From an uncultured Eubacteriales bacterium (GTDB lineage Bacteria; Acidobacteriota; Aminicenantia; Aminicenantales; Aminicenantaceae), in contig CAYZDV010000002.1 of the NCBI GenBank assembly GCA_964477275.1, positions 1 to 59,227 of the forward strand: DNA of 59,227 nt. The letters are read 5' to 3'. The notes below the pieces were generated by a model. That model was not told the origin of the DNA. It did not search any database and saw only the letters and a list, made by a program, of their open reading frames with translations. Below, piece after piece: positions 54,319-59,227 of the stretch. Positions within the stretch are counted from its first letter, which is position 1, and each line of letters opens with the position of its first letter. The translations under genes were made by a program, and so were the position numbers.

Positions 54319-54658
54319 TTTCGCAGAGAGTCCCGAAGCGTCCGTCGATGGCGATCAGGACATCGGCGTTCATCACCACCAGCGAGTTCCGGGTGTGACC
54401 CAACCCGGTGGCGATGGGGATGTCGACGTGCGGGTTTGCATCGCCGGCGAAGTTTCCGGGCAGGATGCCCACGGTCAGCCCCCCGGCTTCCCTGGTTCCC
54501 CTGCAGGCGGCCTCCATGATTCCGCTGAGACCGCCGCAGACAAGAATGGCGCCTTTCTCTGCGATCAGCTGGCCGACTTTATAGGCCAGCTTGAGGAAGC
54601 TCTCATCCGTCTGCGAGCCGCCGATCACGCCCACTCTTTTTTTGTTTCTCCAGTCCAT
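54206..54658 (-). CDS. TIGR00725 / LOG (lysine-decarboxylase-like) family Rossmann protein
   Basis: 150 aa with VGVIGGS, LVCGGLSGIMEAACRG and PIATGLGHTRN, matching the short LOG-family pattern. Confidence 0.7.
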   Translation of the reverse strand: MDWRNKKRVGVIGGSQTDESFLKLAYKVGQLIAEKGAILVCGGLSGIMEAACRGTREAGGLTVGILPGNFAGDANPHVDIPIATGLGHTRNSLVVMNADVLIAIDGRFGTLCEIAYAGIYGKKVIGLGAWDIEGVIKTDTPEEAVAFAFQ

Positions 54659-54860
54659 TTCGGTTTCTTCCTTTTTTTAAAGGATAATAACCGAACACCG
54701 CCATGTTTTCAATGAGAGAGGGGATGTCCCCGAGACAAACATCCTTTCATCCTGACATTCCTGACCGCAGGGAAAAGAAAGGGGGTTCGGGCGGAGAATG
54801 GCCCTGATTTGCAATTTGATATATCAAGGCACGTCTTTTCGTCTTTAAGGTGACCCGGAC

Positions 54861-56378
54861 ATGCTCTACAAAATCGCCAGCGCCTCGCTCATCGGCATCG
54901 ACTCCTATCTTGTCGATGTGGAAGTGGATATCTCCCTCGGACTTCCCGGCATTGTGACCGTCGGCCTTCCCGACGCCTCGGTGAGGGAGAGCAAGGAGCG
55001 GGTGAGAGCCGCTCTCAAGAACTGCGGCTACGAGTTTCCGTCGCGCAAAATCACCATCAACCTCGCTCCCGCTGACCGGCGCAAGGAGGGCTCGGCTTTT
55101 GACCTGCCCATTGCCCTCGGCCTCATGGCGCATCTGGACCTTTTCCCGGCAGAGAGGCTCTCGGATTTTCTGTTTCTGGGAGAGCTGGCTCTGGATGGGA
55201 GCCTTAAATCCGGAAAGGGGATTCTTCCTTCAGCCGTCCTTGCCAGGAAACAGGGATTTCAGGGAATCGCCATCCCCAGGGCGAACGAGAAAGAGGCAGC
55301 CCTGGTCCAGGATCTCGACGTCTACGGAATGGAAAACCTGGTCCAAGTCGTCCGGCTCCTCAATTCTGATGAAACCATCCACCCCTGCCGCTACTCACTC
55401 CAGGAGCTCTTGCCCAAGCCTGTCTATGAAGTGGACTTCCAGGAGATCCGCGGCCAGCAGCATGTCAAACGGGCCCTGGAAGTTGCTGCGGCCGGGTCGC
55501 ACAACGTGTTGATGATCGGCCCGCCCGGTGCGGGGAAGACGATGCTCGCCAGACGGTTGCCGACCATCCTCCCTCCGATGACCTTTGAGGAAATTCTGGA
55601 AGTGACCCAGGTCTACAGTGTCTCAGGGCTTTTGAAGGATAAAGGGGCAATTGGAGAGCGGCCCTTTCGTTCGCCCCATCACACCATCTCGGATGCGGGC
55701 CTGATCGGGGGCGGAGTGATTCCCAGACCGGGCGAAGTGAGCCTGGCTCACCACGGCATTCTCTTTCTCGATGAGCTGCCAGAATTCAAAAGGAAAGTCC
55801 TGGAGGACCTCCGGCAGCCGGTTGAGGAAGGCAGAGTCACTGTCTCCCGCGCTTCGATCTCCATCACCTTCCCGTCTTCCTTCATGCTGGTTGCGGCCAT
55901 GAACCCCTGGGAGGATGCCTACGCCTCGTTCTCCTCTTCCGTCTCCTGGCCGGAGGGCCAGAGATTTCGCTACTACTCCAGGATCTCCGGGCCGCTGCTC
56001 GACCGCATCGACATCCAGGTCGAAGTGCCACGCGTTGATTTCCGGGACATCGTCTCCAGGGAAGAAGGGGAGCATTCAGCGGACATTCGCAGGAGGGTCA
56101 GCAAAGCCAGGGAACGGCAGCTTCAGAGATTCCGGGAGAAGAAAATCTACTGCAACGCCCAGATGGGCACAAAGGAGGTCAAAAAGCACTGCCAGGTGGA
56201 TGAGGAAGGGAAGAAGCTTCTGGAAATGGCCGTCAACCGGTTCGGGTTCAGTGCCAGGGCTTACTCCAGGGCCCTGAAGGTGGCCCGGACGATTGCCGAC
56301 CTCAGCGGCGAGGAAAGAATCAGCGCTGTCCACCTCAGCGAGGCCATCCAGTACCGCATGCTGGATAAGTATTTTTGA
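54861..56378 (+). CDS. comM: YifB/ComM-family Mg-chelatase-like AAA+ ATPase
   Basis: 505 aa with an N-terminal Lon-like domain (VDVEVDISLGLPGIVTVGLPDASVRESKERV). Walker A is GPPGAGKTM, Walker B is ILFLDELPEF, and the C-terminal tail reads HLSEAIQYR. Confidence 0.9.
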   Translation: MLYKIASASLIGIDSYLVDVEVDISLGLPGIVTVGLPDASVRESKERVRAALKNCGYEFPSRKITINLAPADRRKEGSAFDLPIALGLMAHLDLFPAERLSDFLFLGELALDGSLKSGKGILPSAVLARKQGFQGIAIPRANEKEAALVQDLDVYGMENLVQVVRLLNSDETIHPCRYSLQELLPKPVYEVDFQEIRGQQHVKRALEVAAAGSHNVLMIGPPGAGKTMLARRLPTILPPMTFEEILEVTQVYSVSGLLKDKGAIGERPFRSPHHTISDAGLIGGGVIPRPGEVSLAHHGILFLDELPEFKRKVLEDLRQPVEEGRVTVSRASISITFPSSFMLVAAMNPWEDAYASFSSSVSWPEGQRFRYYSRISGPLLDRIDIQVEVPRVDFRDIVSREEGEHSADIRRRVSKARERQLQRFREKKIYCNAQMGTKEVKKHCQVDEEGKKLLEMAVNRFGFSARAYSRALKVARTIADLSGEERISAVHLSEAIQYRMLDKYF

Positions 56379-56484
56379 TGGACGGTATCCTGATTTCACC
56401 TGATTTTTTCTTCTTGACTTCGTTGCAAAAAACAAGGAATAGATAAGAAAGGAAAATCCGTCATGAGTGGGAGATGGGATTTGA

Positions 56485-57072
56485 ATGACATTTTTTGAGG
56501 GCCGAAAGATGAGAAAAAATAATTCTCTATTCATTCGCAGGAGAGAGTTCATTGCCTCTGCATCGGCGCTCGCCCTGGGAGTCGGACTTGGGGATGTAGC
56601 GCTTTTTTCGTCGAGCCTCACACCGTGGAGCCAGGAGCTCAGGGAGGAGCTTTCGCCAGAGGAGGTTGAAATTGTCAAAAACTCGGTGATGGCCAGGGAC
56701 CTTGAGAACTATTTCGGGAAAGGCTACAACTGTGCAGAGTCGCTCTTCATGGTCTCATTGAATTTTTTAGGGAAACCCGGCGAGCTTGTCTGGATTGCCT
56801 GCGGATTTGGTGGGGGGATGGGCCATAAGGACCTCTGTGGATTTCTGACAGCCGCTTACATGGCCATCGGTCTTTCCGCGGGGATGCGGGGAAAGGAGAG
56901 GAAGGAAGCCAAGGAGCAGTGCACGAATACAATCAAGGAGTACTGGAAGTGGTGGGCCTCCCTGGCCGCCATCCACTGTTCTGAGATTCGCAAAGAGGGA
57001 ACAAGCGCCAAGGTCTGCCGCCGGATCGGCCAGCTGGCCGCCGCCAGGGTGGAAGAGCTGCTGAAAAAGTGA
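56485..57072 (+). CDS. C_GCAxxG_C_C-family putative redox protein with twin-arginine signal
   Basis: It has the Tat-like motif RRREFIASASALALGVGLG. The family Cys pattern is GYNCAESLF, ACGFGGGMG, LCGFLTAAYMAIG and HCSE. The probable start is ATG 56509. Confidence 0.7.
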   Translation: MTFFEGRKMRKNNSLFIRRREFIASASALALGVGLGDVALFSSSLTPWSQELREELSPEEVEIVKNSVMARDLENYFGKGYNCAESLFMVSLNFLGKPGELVWIACGFGGGMGHKDLCGFLTAAYMAIGLSAGMRGKERKEAKEQCTNTIKEYWKWWASLAAIHCSEIRKEGTSAKVCRRIGQLAAARVEELLKK

Positions 57073-57094
57073 AAAAGGGGCCTGCCCCCTTTTT
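57072..57094 (+). terminator. Intrinsic terminator AAAAAGGGGCCTGCCCCCTTTTT
   Basis: It begins within the stop codon of the upstream gene and differs by 1 nt from the hairpins at 5405-5428 and 54183-54207. Confidence 0.55.
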
Positions 57095-57122
57095 AGTCCC
57101 GGGGGGAGGAAGGAGACTTGAG

Positions 57123-57998
57123 ATGGTGGGTGTGTGTATCTCCGGGGGCGGAGCCAAAATCGGCTTTGCCGTCGGTGTCCTGGAAACCATGGAAAGCAAG
57201 GGCATTGAGCCGGAGCTGGTCTATGGGATTTCGAGCGGGAGTCTTTGCACGGCAGCCCTCTGCTATGGAAGCGTTGGTTTGTTGAAAAGCCAGCTCCTCG
57301 ATATCCGGAAAAAAGAGGATGTCCTCGATCCTCAATGGTTCAAGACGCTGCTCACCCAGACCATTGGCCTCGGCGAGGCGGACGGGTTCTTCGGCATGAA
57401 GACCATGCGGAAGAAGCTGGATCGGCTGCCTGAGGACAAGCCTGTCAGGAAGGGCGTTGTGGGATATGTCGACCTCAGGAGCGGGGAAATCACCTACACT
57501 TCAAGCTCGGATGTGCCGAAGAAAGATTTCCTGGATGCCGTCCAGGCCAGCTGTTCCATCCCGCTCGTCATGCAGACTCAGCGGGTGGGAGACGAGGTCC
57601 GTGTCGACGGCGGAGTGAGAGACATCCTCCCTTTGAAGCAGCTCATCGATGACCCTCTCAATGTGGATGAGATTCATGTGATCTGCCTGAGCCCTGTTGT
57701 TCCCGACCAAAAGCAGATCGGGAAGAAGATCGTTCATGTCGCTCTCCGGACTATCGACCTGCTTTGCAATGAGGTCCTGGTGAACGACCTCAAAATCGCC
57801 AAGACTTACAACATGCTTCTCAAAAAGGGATTGGGCGAATTGGTCCCCGGCAAACGGCTGATCAAGTTCTACGAGTACTTCCCGAATCACATCATCTGCG
57901 ACACCATCGAATTCAACAGGGAAAACATCCGGAAAGGAATCGACCACGGCCTTGAAATCGCCCGTGAAATTCTGAAGGATTATCCTTCGCGCAGTTAA
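57123..57998 (+). CDS. Patatin-like phospholipase
   Basis: It has the oxyanion motif ISGGGAKIG, the nucleophile elbow GISSGS and the catalytic Asp in VDGGVRD. ATG 57123 with an upstream GGAGGAAGGAG is preferred over the GTG 57069 start, which would read through the terminator. Confidence 0.82.
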   Translation: MVGVCISGGGAKIGFAVGVLETMESKGIEPELVYGISSGSLCTAALCYGSVGLLKSQLLDIRKKEDVLDPQWFKTLLTQTIGLGEADGFFGMKTMRKKLDRLPEDKPVRKGVVGYVDLRSGEITYTSSSDVPKKDFLDAVQASCSIPLVMQTQRVGDEVRVDGGVRDILPLKQLIDDPLNVDEIHVICLSPVVPDQKQIGKKIVHVALRTIDLLCNEVLVNDLKIAKTYNMLLKKGLGELVPGKRLIKFYEYFPNHIICDTIEFNRENIRKGIDHGLEIAREILKDYPSRS

Positions 57999-58042
57999 GG
58001 AGCGAAAATACAGGAATTCCCGGGAAAGAAAACTCCGGCAAC

Positions 58043-58954
58043 TTACAGCCAGCGCCAGAGGGCGACGATGAGGGTGATGAGAAGGACCAGCACAAGATTC
58101 ATGTAGGCCATGAAATAGAAGAGCTTTTCATGGCGCGGCCTGGCCTTTTTTTCTCCTGCGGGAATCAGCCGCCCCACCCGGGGCATGGCCAGAATTTTTT
58201 CCTCCCCGTGAGGAGCGACGTCTAACATCTCGGTCAGGTCAATGCCTGCATTGTGCCTTCCGAAGTGAACGCCTTTTTGCCAGAGCCGGCTTGGAGTCAT
58301 GTCGTAAATTGTGCCCTTGTAGGCCGCATAAGCCGGTCGGCCATCGGCCCCGTCGAAAGATCGGAGCTCGTCCGCGGTCAGATCTCCTGTTGATTGGATT
58401 TGCGTCTCTCTCTTTTTTCTGAGGCGGGGGCCGATGAAAAAGACGACATAAAGTGCCGAACAGGCCATGATGAGAAAAAGTGAAACCTTGATCAGAAGCA
58501 GGATTCCAAAGCGGGTGCTGATGAGGAAAGCGAGAGAGGGAACACGGAAAAAAGAGAGAATGGTTCCGGTCACCGCCATCACCACCAGGGAAATCAGGCC
58601 GACCCTCACCTCACCGCGGGGAAGGCCGCTGGCTGCATACGAGGGTTTAAGAACAATATGGACATAGAGGATGGTGCCGAACCAGAAAATGGCGGTGAGG
58701 AGATGGAGGTAGCCGGCGATGAGCCGCAGAGCCTTTTTCCAGCCTGCCGGAATGGCCTCTTTTTCCTCTGCATTTTCAGAAAGCGTCAGGAGGTAATCCT
58801 TTCCCGCCCTGGTCAGCTCTCCTCCTCCGGACGGGTCAAAATGGCAGGCGGCGCAGGTTTTTCCTGTCTTTTCCGCCATCTCTTCGGTCGCATCTGCCAG
58901 GGGCAAAAACAAAAAAAAGAGCGCTGTCAGAAAGAAGACAAATGAAGATTTCAT
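58043..58954 (-). CDS. Fusion membrane protein: c-type haem motif + CopD-like TM bundle + cytochrome b5-like haem/steroid-binding domain
   Basis: 303 aa with a signal peptide, CAACH at residues 35-39 and about 4 TM helices. A soluble block RPAYAAYKGTIYDMTPSRLWQKGVH...HNAGIDLT follows, then a terminal TM. Confidence 0.65.
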   Translation of the reverse strand: MKSSFVFFLTALFFLFLPLADATEEMAEKTGKTCAACHFDPSGGGELTRAGKDYLLTLSENAEEKEAIPAGWKKALRLIAGYLHLLTAIFWFGTILYVHIVLKPSYAASGLPRGEVRVGLISLVVMAVTGTILSFFRVPSLAFLISTRFGILLLIKVSLFLIMACSALYVVFFIGPRLRKKRETQIQSTGDLTADELRSFDGADGRPAYAAYKGTIYDMTPSRLWQKGVHFGRHNAGIDLTEMLDVAPHGEEKILAMPRVGRLIPAGEKKARPRHEKLFYFMAYMNLVLVLLITLIVALWRWL

Positions 58955-59227
58955 TCAGTTTCCTCTCTCTATTTTTCCGTCCCTGACCACCTGTTTTCCA
59001 TTTTTGATGACATGGCGGATGGGGTTTACGCCCAGATGGTAGACAAGGCTGGGATAGTTGGGTGCCTCGCAGAGCAGGAGGTCCATCTTTTTTCCGACCT
59101 CGAGGCTTCCGACTGTCTCCTGCCGGCCCAGGGCGTATGCGGCGTTGGCCGTTGAGGCGTTGATGGCTTCTTCGATGGACATCTTCATGGTGAACACTGC
59201 AAGCTGGATGACAAAGAGCATGGATTC
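58955..59227 (-). CDS. hutI: Imidazolonepropionase/amidohydrolase, C-terminal fragment (gene continues beyond window)
   Basis: The ORF is open to the window edge. The C-terminal pattern is SIEEAINASTANAAYALG...GSLEVGKKMDLLL...P...VIKNGK. The stop abuts the start of the next gene. Confidence 0.6.
   Translation of the reverse strand, partial: ESMLFVIQLAVFTMKMSIEEAINASTANAAYALGRQETVGSLEVGKKMDLLLCEAPNYPSLVYHLGVNPIRHVIKNGKQVVRDGKIERGN

Noticed and set aside
57069-57122. Upstream GTG start (57069) for the patatin-like gene given by the ORF track
   Set aside because: It would translate through the terminator hairpin of the preceding gene. ATG 57123 has a strong GGAGG-type SD, and the conserved GGGxK motif begins immediately after it.

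Overview
59.2-kb chromosomal segment from a diderm (Gram-negative type) bacterium, moderately GC-rich. I found no rRNA, CRISPR array, transposase or integrase. About 55 protein genes and one tRNA are supported. Left to right: (1) clpB, an Nfu-like gene, a FadL-type outer-membrane protein and galU, then a structured palindromic repeat and tRNA-Phe preceded by a decayed copy of its own 5' half. (2) A tightly packed + strand housekeeping operon: Asd-like gene, msbA-like ABC exporter, yicC, gmk, coaBC, family-4 UDG, priA. The Asd and PriA homologues both appear to have lost catalytic motifs. (3) A - strand coaD-pilMNOPQ type IV pilus operon ending in an uncharacterised lipoprotein. (4) pcm, a large membrane-embedded spermidine-synthase-like protein, a phosphohexomutase, ftsB, a UvrD-type helicase fused to a Cas4/AddB-type nuclease, and sppA. 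(5) An ECF sigma / anti-sigma / exported repeat-protein module. (6) A five-gene cytoplasmic signalling island: two HisKA_2 PAS kinases, REC-PAS-HD-GYP, CheY-like REC and REC-PAS-kinase. (7) The most interesting region (43.4-52.1 kb): a translationally coupled cluster with a succinyl-CoA-synthetase-like pair whose large subunit carries a C-terminal ferredoxin-type double Cys motif, a short citrate-synthase-family (citryl-CoA-lyase-like) protein, an HD hydrolase, two LeuC/LeuD-type aconitase-family pairs (the second divergent) and an isocitrate/isopropylmalate-dehydrogenase-family enzyme. Paired palindromic operator-like sites lie upstream. I read it as a candidate self-contained citrate-cleavage / citrate-to-2-oxoglutarate module or an uncharacterised hydroxy-acid/CoA-ester pathway. 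(8) tsaB, rimI, truA, a TIGR00725/LOG-like gene, comM/yifB, a Tat-signal C_GCAxxG_C_C protein, a patatin-like lipase, a cytochrome c-CopD-like-cytochrome b5-like fusion and a truncated hutI-like gene. All functional calls rest on motif recognition by eye, with no database search.
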